Below are positions 19,179 to 30,103 of a DNA stretch of 64,000 nt, in pieces. Both the position numbers and the translations under genes were made by a program. Position 1 is the first letter of the stretch; each line of letters opens with the position of its first letter. This DNA comes from an uncultured Marinilabiliaceae bacterium (GTDB taxonomy: Bacteria > Bacteroidota > Bacteroidia > Bacteroidales > Marinilabiliaceae): NCBI GenBank assembly GCA_937920475.1, contig CALEUX010000035.1, forward strand, positions 2,981-66,980. The letters run 5' to 3'. A model generated the notes under the pieces. It did not search any database and was not told where the DNA came from. It saw only the letters and a program-made list of their open reading frames with translations.

Positions 19179-19493
19179 TTCCTCATAATTAAAACAATAA
19201 CAAAGGGTCGGGATGCAACTTTTTGCGTTCTGGCCTTTTCGAATTTTTAGGCTTCATGATGGACTTGTTTAATTTATCTGAGTTAAGGCTGGAATTGCAT
19301 TTTCCCCCAAATTTTTTCCAAACTAATTTTATTATCAGTCAAATCATTAAACGTTTTTTACGTCCAGCAGTCTAAAGAAAAAAGCATTAGTAAATGTAAA
19401 AAGCACTTTTATTATTAAGCTGAATTCGAAATGTTTTTTTTGACAATACATTTTTTTGTAAATTTAGGCAATTGCAGAACAGCTAAAAATCGA

Positions 19494-20726
19494 ATGATTA
19501 CACAAACCAAAAAGAAAAGGCTTAAACTTTATAAAGACCGGTTGAATATTCTCCTGGACTTGGCCCAGACCATTAATCAGGATCATGGAATAGAAGACCT
19601 GCTTTCTGAATTTGAAATTTTACTCAGAGAAGAGTTGGAAGTAGGGAAGATTTTGGTTTATACCTGTTCTGATGGGAAATGGTCAAATTTGTTATGCACT
19701 GGTGTGTCGCCCGAAGAAATGGCCAGAATTGATGTGGAAAGAGATTTATTTGTATATCAGGGCTTAGAAAACATCACCATTTCACCTCCTGACAACCTGA
19801 TTGGTTTTGATGCTGTTATCCCTCTTTTTCACCGTTATAAAGCCATTGGCTACGTGCTCATTGGCGACGTTGAGGAAGACCAGCAAGGTATTAGTCCTAC
19901 CATTAAACACTTGAAACTGATTCAGATTATTTCCAATCTGATTATTGTTTTTATCGAAAACAAGCGCATGCATAAGGCTTTGCTTGAACAGGAAGCCATG
20001 AAAAAAGAGTTAGAGCTGGCTTCGCGCATTCAGAATCAACTTATTCCCGGCCCGCAGGATTTGCCCAAATTAAAAAAAGTTAGTATCCAAACCATATATC
20101 ACCCACACCTTGGTGTAGGTGGCGATTATTACGATTTTATTCGACTGTCGCGCAACACGCTCGGATTTTGTATAGCCGATGTATCAGGAAAGGGAATTTC
20201 GGCAGCTTTGCTCATGTCAAACTTTCAGGCTGTTTTTCGCTCCCTTTTCTCGTGGAACGTGAATTTAAAGAAACTCATTCACCAGTTAAACCGGCGGGTT
20301 AATGAAAGCGCCAACAACGAAAAATTTATCACTTTCTTTATCGGGAAATACAACTTAACTACCCGCCGACTTAGCTATGTGAATGCAGGCCACCTGCCGC
20401 CATTGTTATTTGAACCCAAAAAAGGCCATTTGATTTCGTTGGATAAAGGTTGTATAGGATTAGGCATGCTCGATGTGATTCCTTTTATTGAAGTTGGACA
20501 TCTTTTCATTAGCAAAAACGCCAAATTTTTGGCATTTACCGATGGTCTCGTTGAATTAGAGCGGGGCAACAAAATAACATCGGGACTAATGTCGGTCGAA
20601 AAAATTATTAGCAACAACAAAATGCTTGATGAAAATATTGAAGAAATTAAAACTTACATCACCAAGCATATCGACCGGAAATCTTTTTTCGATGATATTT
20701 CACTTATTGGGATGGGGTTTCAATAA
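19494..20726 (+). CDS. PP2C/SpoIIE-family protein phosphatase with an N-terminal GAF-like domain
   Basis: C-terminal SpoIIE/PP2C motifs (GGDYYDF, ADVSGKGISAALLMS, AGHLPP, FTDGLVE). Start set at ATG 19494. Confidence 0.8.
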   Translation: MITQTKKKRLKLYKDRLNILLDLAQTINQDHGIEDLLSEFEILLREELEVGKILVYTCSDGKWSNLLCTGVSPEEMARIDVERDLFVYQGLENITISPPDNLIGFDAVIPLFHRYKAIGYVLIGDVEEDQQGISPTIKHLKLIQIISNLIIVFIENKRMHKALLEQEAMKKELELASRIQNQLIPGPQDLPKLKKVSIQTIYHPHLGVGGDYYDFIRLSRNTLGFCIADVSGKGISAALLMSNFQAVFRSLFSWNVNLKKLIHQLNRRVNESANNEKFITFFIGKYNLTTRRLSYVNAGHLPPLLFEPKKGHLISLDKGCIGLGMLDVIPFIEVGHLFISKNAKFLAFTDGLVELERGNKITSGLMSVEKIISNNKMLDENIEEIKTYITKHIDRKSFFDDISLIGMGFQ

Positions 20727-20985
20727 CAACAGTTTAAATTTTTCGCATCCATACTCGTTTATTTTCAGCAAGCAGGCTTTTCTTTAAACCTTAACGAACA
20801 TTGTTATTCTTAATCAAACCAACAAGGTTTAATTACTCGTCATTGTCTTTTCCTGTTTTTCTGTTCTGTATGGCACTCTTATTACTTTTAAAAGTGCGAA
20901 AATTCCCTATTTTTGCAACTCGAATTTTAGAAGAACCAGTAAAATAGCGTTAACTAATACTTACAATACTCAAGCAAGCATAATT

Positions 20986-21549
20986 ATGGAAGAAGAAATG
21001 AAAATTGTTCTTGAGGAGGCCGGTGATAAAATGAGCAAAGCGGCCGAGCATCTCGACAGGGAAATTGGAAAGGTTAGAGCCGGAAAGGCCAATCCTAAAA
21101 TGCTTGAAGCTGTGGTGGTTGATTATTATGGCACCATGACTCCATTAGCACAGGTAGCAAATATTAATACGCCTGACCCGCGAACCATTGCCATTCAACC
21201 ATGGGATAAAAAAATGATTCCGGTAATTGAAAAGGCCATTATGGCGGCCAACCTGGGGATGAATCCCGATAATAATGGGGAGATTGTTCGCATTAACGTT
21301 CCCCCTTTGACCGAAGAGCGACGTAAAGATCTGGTTAAACAGGTGAAGAAGATGGGCGAAGACACAAAAATTGCCATCAGAAATATCCGTCGCGATTCTA
21401 TTGAAGAACTTAAAAAGCTAAAGAAAGACGGACTGCCCGAGGATATGGAAAAAGATGGACAGGACAGCATTCAGAAACTTACCGATAAATTCATCAAGGT
21501 TGTTGAAGAAATGCTCGATAAAAAGGAGAAAGATATTATGACGGTTTAA
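20986..21549 (+). CDS. frr: Ribosome recycling factor
   Basis: KVRAGKANPKMLE..., PPLTEERRKDLVKQVKK, IAIRNIRRD. A TATTTTTG -7-like box lies at 20908-20915. Confidence 0.95.
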   Translation: MEEEMKIVLEEAGDKMSKAAEHLDREIGKVRAGKANPKMLEAVVVDYYGTMTPLAQVANINTPDPRTIAIQPWDKKMIPVIEKAIMAANLGMNPDNNGEIVRINVPPLTEERRKDLVKQVKKMGEDTKIAIRNIRRDSIEELKKLKKDGLPEDMEKDGQDSIQKLTDKFIKVVEEMLDKKEKDIMTV

Positions 21550-21570
21550 TCCATTTTCAATTATTCGAAT

Positions 21571-21609
21571 CTGCAAACAGTTAATTAAAAATTGTTTGCA
21601 GTTTTTTTT
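21571..21609 (+). terminator. Rho-independent terminator after frr
   Basis: Stem CTGCAAACA/TGTTTGCAG (21571-21579 / 21593-21601) followed by a T8 run. Confidence 0.7.
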
Positions 21610-23461
21610 ATGATGTTGTGGCAGTATTTTGAAGTGAACCAACATCTTGATTGCCTGGCACAAATCGTTGAATTAATTCAAGCAGATCCTGATAATTAAT
21701 GGGCTTGGAAATGTATTCGTCGCAACCGGCATTTAACGAGAGTTCTCTTTCGCCCAGCATGGCATAGGCCGTTTGGGCAATTACCGGAACTGTTTTGTTA
21801 ATCTTTTTAATCTGGCGTGTAGCTTCATATCCATCCATTCCCGGCATTTTAATATCCATCAGGACCAGGTCGATATGCTTTACCTTTTTAAATACTTCAA
21901 CGGCTTCTTTACCATCTCGCGCCCATATTAAGCTGGCATTGAACAACGATAAAGCCACCTCCAGGTATCTGAAGTTATCCTCTTCATCTTCGGCCACTAA
22001 AAATGTCTTCCCTTCCCAATTAATACAAGTTGATGTCCAGGGTTGAGCTTTAGGAGGAACTGGCGATAAAATTTTCTGGAAAGGAATGGTAAAATAGAAT
22101 GTTGTTCCGGGGGTGCTTTGTGGTTCAACCCAAATATCGCCGCCCATATGTTTCACCAAATGACGGGCAATGGTAAGGCCGATTCCTGTGCCGCCATACA
22201 ATTTTTCATCGCTTTGACTGAATTTCGAAAATCGGTTAAATATTTCTTCCTCCTTACCGGCCGGCAATCCAATACCAGTATCTTTTACGTAAAACTGAAT
22301 AAAATGGTCGCTGTTAAGTTCATAACCAAATTCTACATAACCTTTATCTGTAAACTTAATGGCATTTCCAACCAAATTGTTTAATACCTTTTTAAGCCTT
22401 GCGGCATCAGTCAGAATCTGGATTCTTTCATCAGAAATACCTTTTTTCAGATAAAGCTTAACATTGGTTATTCCACGGCGGCGAATCTCATCACTGAATG
22501 CACTGTAAACATCTTCGAGTATCTGATGCAATTGACAGGGCGAATTATGGATTTCGAACTGTCCGCTTTCCATCTTGGAAATATCAATAATATCCTCAAC
22601 CAACGACATCAGGTTTTTGCCATTTAGCTTGATGAGGTTAACAAATTCGTCTTTTTCAGATTCAGTAACTCCCGGATGTGAAAGCAGATTTGAAAACCCC
22701 AGAATGGCATTCATGGGGGTTCTGATTTCGTGCGACATGTTGGATAAAAAAGCTGTTTTTAACCGGTCCGACTCCTCCGCTTTTTGACGGGCATATACCA
22801 AATCTTCCTGCTCCCGGCGCAAAATACGCTGGTATCGGCGCTCCTTTTTTACTGTAAACATCATCCCGTTTAACAGGGATATGAGTGGCGCCAACGTAAT
22901 AAAATTCAATACCAGAAAGGTAATGGACAGATTGATGTAGGTTAGCAAGGAAATATCGGGGCCATTGGAGTGGTCGATATATCCGCCGTACCAGTAAAAA
23001 CCAACGCCTGTAAGCGTTATGGAGCTGATGATTAAATACCACATTCCGGTAACAGCCCCCGACATGGTGCCACCCATTATGGTGGCTGCAAATAGAAAAA
23101 TCATCCCCATGGTGGAATTGGGACCTCTGAAAAGCAGGAAAGTTCCTGTAACATAAAGGATGAATAAAACCCAGCCAATGCGAAAAGATAAAGGGATACG
23201 ATGAATGCTTACAACCAATAGTGAGGAAACAAAAACCGATGTGGCAAAAGCCATAAACAGGTATAACCCGTTTAGCAGGAAATATAATCCGTAATACAGG
23301 TAAACGGCAACACCAAAAAAAACAACCGCCAACGAAAAATAATGAAATATGCGTTCACGCCAATACTGAATACCCTCTCCGGGAAGAGATGAAGGTCCCA
23401 GTTGCCGGTTTATAAAAGCCCGCAATCTTCGATAAATAGCGCTTTCGGAAAATCTGGTCAT
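21608..23461 (-). CDS. Hybrid sensor histidine kinase/response regulator with a polytopic membrane sensor domain
   Basis: About 6 TM helices, HisKA H-box FLSNMSHEIRTPMN, HATPase_c (GTGIGLTIARHLV), and a C-terminal REC domain (LVLMDIKMPGMDG). Confidence 0.85.
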   Translation of the reverse strand: MTRFSESAIYRRLRAFINRQLGPSSLPGEGIQYWRERIFHYFSLAVVFFGVAVYLYYGLYFLLNGLYLFMAFATSVFVSSLLVVSIHRIPLSFRIGWVLFILYVTGTFLLFRGPNSTMGMIFLFAATIMGGTMSGAVTGMWYLIISSITLTGVGFYWYGGYIDHSNGPDISLLTYINLSITFLVLNFITLAPLISLLNGMMFTVKKERRYQRILRREQEDLVYARQKAEESDRLKTAFLSNMSHEIRTPMNAILGFSNLLSHPGVTESEKDEFVNLIKLNGKNLMSLVEDIIDISKMESGQFEIHNSPCQLHQILEDVYSAFSDEIRRRGITNVKLYLKKGISDERIQILTDAARLKKVLNNLVGNAIKFTDKGYVEFGYELNSDHFIQFYVKDTGIGLPAGKEEEIFNRFSKFSQSDEKLYGGTGIGLTIARHLVKHMGGDIWVEPQSTPGTTFYFTIPFQKILSPVPPKAQPWTSTCINWEGKTFLVAEDEEDNFRYLEVALSLFNASLIWARDGKEAVEVFKKVKHIDLVLMDIKMPGMDGYEATRQIKKINKTVPVIAQTAYAMLGERELSLNAGCDEYISKPINYQDLLELIQRFVPGNQDVGSLQNTATTS

Positions 23462-23725
23462 ATATCAGCAAAAAGCTGCCTTTGTTTGTAATACAGGAAT
23501 ACAATTAAATATCCACTTTAAAGATAAATATTTATAGCATACTCGATTTGATTGTTGATAATTATTTTCTTGATAAAGAATAATACCAGTTGTAAGTTTA
23601 AGAATTTTAGAGCCTTATAGGGATGGAGTTTTTGTATGCTTAAATAACAAAGAGGCTGTCTCATAAGTTTTTTTAAGGCTCTGAAAATTGAGTATTTGAA
23701 AAACTACTCGGGTAGGAGTACGAAT

Positions 23726-23760
23726 AAAAAGAGGGTGTCTCTGACTTTTGAGACACCCTC
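23726..23760 (-). terminator. Terminator hairpin downstream of pckA (usable in both directions)
   Basis: Stem GAGGGTGTCTC/GAGACACCCTC (23731-23741 / 23750-23760), flanked by an A-run on the left and TTT on the right. Confidence 0.7.
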
Positions 23761-23788
23761 TTTGGAATGTATTTTATTTAAAAAAAAC

Positions 23789-25405
23789 TTACACAGTTAC
23801 CAAAAGTTGCGGGCCGGCAGCAACAAGTGCTTTGCCTTCAGCATTGTCGGTATATTTCTCAAAGTTTTTGATAAAACGGGCACCCAGGTCCTTGGCTTTC
23901 TCTTCCCAATCCAATGGATTTGTATAAGTATCACGTGGATCAAGAATGTTTGGATCAACTCCTGGCAAAGAGGTGGGGACTTCCAGATTGAAAATAGGAA
24001 TAACTTTGGTTTTTGCTTTTTCAATTGAACCATCCAGAATGGCATCAATAATACCGCGGGTATCTTTTATTGAAATGCGTTTTCCTGTGCCATTCCAGCC
24101 CGTATTAACCAAGTAAGCTTCAGCTCCATGCAGTTTCATTTTCTTCACCAGTTCTTCACCATATTTGGTTGGATGTAAAGAAAGGAAAGCCGCACCAAAA
24201 CATGCCGAGAAAGTTGGCTGAGGAGAAGTAACACCTCGTTCAGTTCCGGCCAGTTTGGCTGTAAATCCCGAAAGGAAGTGGTATTGGGTCTGCTCAGGAG
24301 TTAATTTTGATACAGGAGGCATTACTCCAAAAGCATCTGCAGTTAGGAAAATAACCTTTTTAGCGTGCCCGGCTTTAGATACAGGTTTGACAATATTATC
24401 GATGTGATAAATCGGGTAAGATACGCGTGTATTTTCAGTAACGGAACCATCGTTAAAGTCAATTTTTCCATTGGCATCAACCGTTACATTTTCCAACAAA
24501 GCATCACGCTTAATGGCGGCGTAAATATCAGGCTCTGAGTCTTTATCAAGATTAATGGTTTTTGCATAGCAGCCACCTTCAAAGTTGAAAATGCCGTCGT
24601 TGTCCCAACCATGTTCATCGTCACCAATCAGTTTGCGTTTCGGATCGGTCGACAGAGTGGTTTTGCCGGTCCCCGACAGACCAAAGAAAATAGCCACATC
24701 GCCATCTTTACCTACGTTGGCCGAGCAGTGCATAGAAGCCATGCCATTCAGAGGCAGGTAATAGTTCATCATAGCAAACATTCCCTTTTTCATTTCACCG
24801 CCATACCAGGTGCCACCAACCACGTGCATTTTCTCAGTGAGGTTAAAAACGGTATACACTTCTGAGTTTAAACCATGTTCTTTCCAATTTGGATTGGTTG
24901 TTTTGGAAGCATTGAGCGATACAAAATCAGGTTCTCCGTAATTAGCCAGTTCTTCCTCGGTTGGACGAATGAACATATTCTTAACAAAATGGGCTTGCCA
25001 GGCAACCTCCATTATAAAGCGAACCTTTAATCTTGAGTCGGGGTTGGCACCGCAAAAGGTATCCACCACAAAAAGTCTTTTTCCCGAAAGTTGTTTAGTG
25101 GTTATTTCTTTCAGTTCTTTCCAAACTTCTGGTGTGGTTGGCTTGTTGTCGTTTTTCGATTTTTCTGAAGTCCACCAGATTGTATTCTCAGTGGTGGCAT
25201 CCTTAACTATGAACTTATCTTTAGGCGAACGTCCGGTAAAAATGCCGGTCATAACATTAACAGCGCCCAGTTCGGTAACCTGTCCCTTTTCAAAACCTTC
25301 CAATCCGGGCTTTGTTTCCTCCTCAAATAATTGTTCGTACGATGGATTGTACACGATTTCCCGTACGTCCTTAATGCCGTACGTCCTTAAATCTAAATTT
25401 GTCAT
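23789..25405 (-). CDS. pckA: Phosphoenolpyruvate carboxykinase (ATP)
   Basis: [11 protein letters not shown] kinase-1a motif, IGDDEHGW and FEGGCYAK. 538 aa. Confidence 0.95.
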   Translation of the reverse strand: MTNLDLRTYGIKDVREIVYNPSYEQLFEEETKPGLEGFEKGQVTELGAVNVMTGIFTGRSPKDKFIVKDATTENTIWWTSEKSKNDNKPTTPEVWKELKEITTKQLSGKRLFVVDTFCGANPDSRLKVRFIMEVAWQAHFVKNMFIRPTEEELANYGEPDFVSLNASKTTNPNWKEHGLNSEVYTVFNLTEKMHVVGGTWYGGEMKKGMFAMMNYYLPLNGMASMHCSANVGKDGDVAIFFGLSGTGKTTLSTDPKRKLIGDDEHGWDNDGIFNFEGGCYAKTINLDKDSEPDIYAAIKRDALLENVTVDANGKIDFNDGSVTENTRVSYPIYHIDNIVKPVSKAGHAKKVIFLTADAFGVMPPVSKLTPEQTQYHFLSGFTAKLAGTERGVTSPQPTFSACFGAAFLSLHPTKYGEELVKKMKLHGAEAYLVNTGWNGTGKRISIKDTRGIIDAILDGSIEKAKTKVIPIFNLEVPTSLPGVDPNILDPRDTYTNPLDWEEKAKDLGARFIKNFEKYTDNAEGKALVAAGPQLLVTV

Positions 25406-26404
25406 AATAGTTAGTTAATTGTTATTTAGTTGTCAGTTGTTGTCGTTGTTAAGTTCTTTACTGTTGTTAGGGCAAAGAACTCTATAATGCAATGGAATTC
25501 AAATTTGAAAAAATTAACATATTTTGCCAAATCTTTAGAATTTCAGTTGCGGTGTATTCTTTTAGGCCGAATTGCACCATCTCTTTTTTGGTGTAATCCA
25601 GCAAGAACAAGTCCAATTCACATTCCTGATTTAATTGAGCTTTGGCGACACGTTTATGATATAATTTATAAAAGAATAAAATTCATATCATGAAGGTTTT
25701 CTAAGCCTTTAAAAAAGTAATTGATACCTTGAGGAAATTAGAATTGCTTACAATAAATGTATTAAATGTGTTTTGGCAGCTCTCTGCCATTACAGACTGT
25801 AAATATATCAATAAGATTTTATAATAAAAAAAACGTAGGGTTAAAGATTGTTATTGATAAAAAATTGACTAGGCCAGCAATGTTCAGACAAACAGATATA
25901 TAAGTCAATTTTTGGTAGGAGGGGAAAATCAAACCAAATAAATAAAAATTTCTTTAATCAGAGGTCTTGCAGAAGCTGAAAGTTTCGAATTAATATTATT
26001 TATTGACAATTAGAAATGATTTATTGCAAATAACAACAATAACAAAATATATATATAAAATTCTAACAATTTTACTGTTTATCGCTTTTTAGATTTTTTC
26101 TCTGCGAGGCTAAAACGTAATAATGGTAGTATGAACTTAAGATATAAATACCCTAAAGTGCAAACTGTCAATTTATTGTGCGATGATGCCACTGCTCTTA
26201 ATGTGTAATAGTTGGATGATGAATGATAAATGCTTTTAGAGGTTATTTTGAAATTAATGAATTTGACACCTGGTGTAGCGATTAGTAATTTAGTATACTA
26301 TAAATCATAACATAACATTCATATAATAAAGAAGATTATTATTAAAAATAAGGAAACGAACTAAAGAATTATCACACTAGTGGGCTATGAAAATATCTTA
26401 AATC

Positions 26405-28075
26405 TTAAAATAGTCCGGTAATCTTACCTTTCTCATCTATATCAATGGTTTCAGCAGCAGGGTTTTCAGGTAATCCCGGCATGCGCATAATATTTCCTGT
26501 AATAGGTATAATAAACCCGGCCCCGGCTGCAATTTCAATTTCTCTTACTGTTACTACAAAATCCTGAGGGCGACCCAGCAGCTTTGGATTGTCGGATAAG
26601 GATTTCTGAGTTTTGGCTATGCATACAGGCAAGTGCTGAAGCCCAAGGCCTTCAATCTTCTTTAGATCGGTAAGAGCCTGTGGAGTATAATCAATGGCCG
26701 AGGCACCATATATGCTTTTAGCAATGGTTTCAATTTTCTTTTCAATAGGCCAGCCCCACTCGTACAGCGGTTTTAGTTTTGAACTGCACGATTCAGCCAC
26801 CTGACTTACTATTTTGGCCAACTCTACAGCACCTTCTCCTCCATTGGCGTGAACTTTTGCCACTGCCACCTGTACACCTATTTCTTTGCATTTGCGTTTA
26901 ATAACTTCAATCTCTTCATCGGTATCATCGGCAAAATGGTTGATGGCTACCACTGGGCAAATGTTGAACTTACGCATGTTTTCAACATGTTTTTCCAGAT
27001 TCCCCAACCCTTTTTCGACTGCCTGGGGGTTTGGTGCTTTAATGTTGGGCAAAGGTACTTCGCCGTGATATTTCAGTGCTCTGACAGTAGCCACTAAAAC
27101 CGCAGCATCGGGCTCTATACCCGCTGAAACACATTTAATGTCAAGAAACTTTTCTGCTCCCAAATCAAAGCCAAATCCTGCTTCAGTCACCACATAGTCC
27201 GACAACGAAAGGCCCATTTTTGTTGCTAAAACTGAATTGGTTCCTTGGGCAATATTGGCAAACGGGCCACCATGTATTATAGCCGGATTCCCTTCCAGTG
27301 TTTGTACCAGGTTGGGTTTTATGGCATCTTTAAGCAAAGCTGCCATGGCGCCCTGAGCCTTTAAATCGCGGGCATAAACAGGCTTTTTATCAAAAGTGAA
27401 TCCAATAAATATATTGCCTATACGATTTTTAAGATCCTCAAAATTCTCGGATAAGCATAATATGGCCATAACTTCCGATGCCGCGGTAATGTCGAATCCT
27501 GTTTCCCTCGGTACGCCTGATGTGGTGCCACCCAAACCAACAATAATGTGCCTGAGCGATCGGTCGTTCATGTCCATCACCCTTTTCCAGTGAACAGTAC
27601 GAGGGTCAATACCCAGAGTTGATTTTTTATTTTGGATATTGTTATCGATTAATGCAGCAAGCAGGTTATTCGCTTTTTCAACGGCTGAGAAGTCGCCGGT
27701 AAAATGAAGGTTAATGTCTTCCATAGGAACCACCTGAGCATAACCACCACCTGTAGCTCCGCCCTTTATACCAAACACAGGACCAAGACTTGGCTCCCGC
27801 AGAACTACAGTGGTTTTCTTTCCGATTTTATTGAGACCCTCACTTAGTCCGATGGAAATAGTGGTTTTTCCTTCGCCGGCAGGAGTTGGAGAAATGGCTG
27901 AAACCAAAATGAGTTTCTTACCCGTCATTTTCTCCGGATTGATGAGCGACAGTGGAAGCTTGGCTTTGTAGTGACCATAAGGCTCCAACACTTCTTTTGA
28001 CAAGCCCAGCTTTTGTGCTATTTCAGTAATCGGTAGTAATTTATGGCTTTGGGCAATTTCAATATCAGATTTCAT
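26405..28075 (-). CDS. fhs: Formate--tetrahydrofolate ligase
   Basis: MKSDIEIAQ start, PTPAGEGKTT P-loop, and the EAGFGFDLGAEKF motif. Start set at ATG 28075 rather than 28117. Confidence 0.95.
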   Translation of the reverse strand: MKSDIEIAQSHKLLPITEIAQKLGLSKEVLEPYGHYKAKLPLSLINPEKMTGKKLILVSAISPTPAGEGKTTISIGLSEGLNKIGKKTTVVLREPSLGPVFGIKGGATGGGYAQVVPMEDINLHFTGDFSAVEKANNLLAALIDNNIQNKKSTLGIDPRTVHWKRVMDMNDRSLRHIIVGLGGTTSGVPRETGFDITAASEVMAILCLSENFEDLKNRIGNIFIGFTFDKKPVYARDLKAQGAMAALLKDAIKPNLVQTLEGNPAIIHGGPFANIAQGTNSVLATKMGLSLSDYVVTEAGFGFDLGAEKFLDIKCVSAGIEPDAAVLVATVRALKYHGEVPLPNIKAPNPQAVEKGLGNLEKHVENMRKFNICPVVAINHFADDTDEEIEVIKRKCKEIGVQVAVAKVHANGGEGAVELAKIVSQVAESCSSKLKPLYEWGWPIEKKIETIAKSIYGASAIDYTPQALTDLKKIEGLGLQHLPVCIAKTQKSLSDNPKLLGRPQDFVVTVREIEIAAGAGFIIPITGNIMRMPGLPENPAAETIDIDEKGKITGLF

Positions 28076-28543
28076 CCGGAAATAATTTTTATTAATACGG
28101 CTGGAAATATCTCGCATGATGAATTTTGGCTTCGTCGATTTTCAATTCATCTGTGTTTGTCTGCCAATAGCGGATGCTCTTTGCATATGGAAATTATTTG
28201 TTTGAGATTTTCCATAGGCTAAGTTAACAAAAAATAATGAAATCTGGTAGCGCCAATCAACTCGATTTTGTTTCTGATTATAAGGTTCGGTTGCTTAGTT
28301 TACCTTTTTTACAAATGGCCTAATAATTAGATAGCTATGATAGACTTAAGGTGTTAATTAATCATAAACCGGAAGGCTTTTATGTTAAGTTTGGTTTATT
28401 GTAACTCATTTAAGATTCAGTAAATCAATTAAAAGTACTTATTAAAAATTTTGTTGCTTTCAACCTTCAGGTAACCTTTTTTATAAATTTTCGTTTCTGC
28501 TGGAGCAAATAAAAAACAACTAATTATTTAATTTGAAATTATT

Positions 28544-28912
28544 ATGGCTTTAAGAAGAATGATGTTGACAATGGTATTTGGGTTGTTATCATTTGTTTTG
28601 GTTTTTGGGCAAAATACCACTGTTAAGGGGCAGGTAAAAAGCAATTTAGGTAATAACGTGGCCGATGTGGCAGTTGTAGTTGATGGAGATTCAATTAAAG
28701 CTACTACTAATTTGGAAGGACGTTTTGAAATTAAAGTAGCATCAGCAGATGTAATTCTGGTTTTTGAGAAGGATGGCTATAAACGTATTTCAGTTGCTTG
28801 TGGAGGGGAAAAGGAACTGAAAATTGAAATGATACTGGAAGATCTTCTGGCTTTAACGCTTGAGGATTTGCTAAGTATAGACGTTGAGTCGTTACAAAAA
28901 TTCCAGAAATAA
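28544..28912 (+). CDS. Small secreted protein with a carboxypeptidase-regulatory-like (CarboxypepD_reg) domain; resembles the stand-alone N-terminus of a TonB-dependent receptor
   Basis: Signal peptide, then TVKGQVKS..G..VADVAVVVDGDSIKATTNLEGRFEI. The ORF ends after an LEDLLSIDVES-like segment with no plug or barrel. Confidence 0.5.
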   Translation: MALRRMMLTMVFGLLSFVLVFGQNTTVKGQVKSNLGNNVADVAVVVDGDSIKATTNLEGRFEIKVASADVILVFEKDGYKRISVACGGEKELKIEMILEDLLALTLEDLLSIDVESLQKFQK

Positions 28913-28952
28913 AAAAGAGGGGGTATGCATCAGAGCAACCCCCTCTTTTTTT
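28911..28952. terminator. Bidirectional terminator between 28544-28912 (+) and asd (-)
   Basis: Stem AGAGGGGG/CCCCCTCT (28916-28923 / 28939-28946), flanked by an A-run and a T-run. Confidence 0.7.
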
Positions 28953-28961
28953 AACAATGAT

Positions 28962-29972
28962 TTATTTAACCGAACCAACTTTAATCAGGTATTCGGCTAT
29001 TTGTACTGCATTTAATGCGGCACCCTTTTTAATTTGATCGCCAACGCACCAGAAGGTAATACCGTTTTTGTTGGCAACGTCTTTTCTCAAACGTCCTACA
29101 AAAACATCATCCTCGCCAGACACAAACAATGGCATTGGGTATTTTTTCTCGCCTGGAACATCCAAAACCGTTAAACCTTCAAAGTTTTCCATGGCTTTTC
29201 TAACGTCTTCAATGGAAAGTTCCTTCTCGGTTTCAACCCACACAGCCTCAGAGTGAGCTCTGGCAACAGGTATGCGGATGCAGGTTGCGGAAACCTCGGC
29301 ATCGGTATGCATAATTTTCTTGGTTTCCCAGTTCATTTTCATTTCTTCCTTGGTGTAATCGTTATCAAGGAAAACATCAATTTGTGGGATAATATTCATT
29401 GCCAACTGGTAGGGAAACTTACTGATGGTTGGTTCTTCGCCGTTGGCAATTTGCTTAACCTGTGTTTCCAACTCGGCAATTCCTTGGGCGCCTGCACCGC
29501 TGGCAGCCTGGTAGGTAGCCACATGCACACGTTTGATTTTCGATAAGTTTTCGATGGGTTTTAAAGCCACCACCATTTGAATGGTAGAACAATTTGGATT
29601 TGCAATTATATTACGGGGACGCACCAAGGCATCTTCAGCATTTACTTCAGGAACCACCAATGGTATGTCTTCATCGTAACGAAAAGCACTTGAGTTATCA
29701 ATCATAACAGCGCCATGCTTGGTAATAGTTTCTGCGTACTCTTTAGATGTAGATGCGCCTGCCGATGTTAAAGCGATATCAATGCCCTTAAAATCGTCGT
29801 TGTGCTTAAGTTCTTTTACTACAAGGTCTTTGCCCTTAAACTTATACACTTTACCTGCACTCCGTGCCGAACCAAACAGCACCAGTTCATCCATCGGAAA
29901 ATTCCGTTCTTCCAGTACGCGGAGAAACTCCTGGCCAACAGCTCCGCTAACGCCAACGATTGCTACTCTCAT
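28962..29972 (-). CDS. asd: Aspartate-semialdehyde dehydrogenase
   Basis: [16 protein letters not shown], active-site NPNCSTI, and 336 aa. Confidence 0.95.
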   Translation of the reverse strand: MRVAIVGVSGAVGQEFLRVLEERNFPMDELVLFGSARSAGKVYKFKGKDLVVKELKHNDDFKGIDIALTSAGASTSKEYAETITKHGAVMIDNSSAFRYDEDIPLVVPEVNAEDALVRPRNIIANPNCSTIQMVVALKPIENLSKIKRVHVATYQAASGAGAQGIAELETQVKQIANGEEPTISKFPYQLAMNIIPQIDVFLDNDYTKEEMKMNWETKKIMHTDAEVSATCIRIPVARAHSEAVWVETEKELSIEDVRKAMENFEGLTVLDVPGEKKYPMPLFVSGEDDVFVGRLRKDVANKNGITFWCVGDQIKKGAALNAVQIAEYLIKVGSVK

Positions 29973-30103
29973 TCCTGCTCATTTTAATAGTTAGACTTTA
30001 AAATAAAATAAAAATTACATAACTTGTAGTTGGAAGGTTTTTGAACCCCTTCTACTACATAATTTTCACAAAAGTAGGCAATTAATTTATAATTACTTAC
30101 CCC

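Noticed and set aside
23696-24028. 110-aa ORF overlapping the pckA 3' end and terminator
   Set aside because: It is antisense to pckA, spans the terminator hairpin, and starts with TTG.
25430-25693. 87-aa TTG-initiated ORF in the long pckA-fhs gap
   Set aside because: It has a non-ATG start and a poly-Val/Phe low-complexity N-terminus derived from the GTTGT-repeat leader of pckA. There is no supporting motif.
28162-28258. Possible ZTP (pfl-motif) riboswitch upstream of fhs. The RNA sense contains GAUUGGCG (28258->28251) and CCGCUAUUGGCA (28173->28162), reminiscent of GACUGGCG and CCGCCUGGGC.
   Set aside because: The highly conserved CUGGGC ligand-binding block is not present (UAUUGGCA instead). 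I could not draw convincing P1/P2 helices in the AT-rich spacer. A cmscan with RF01750 would settle it.
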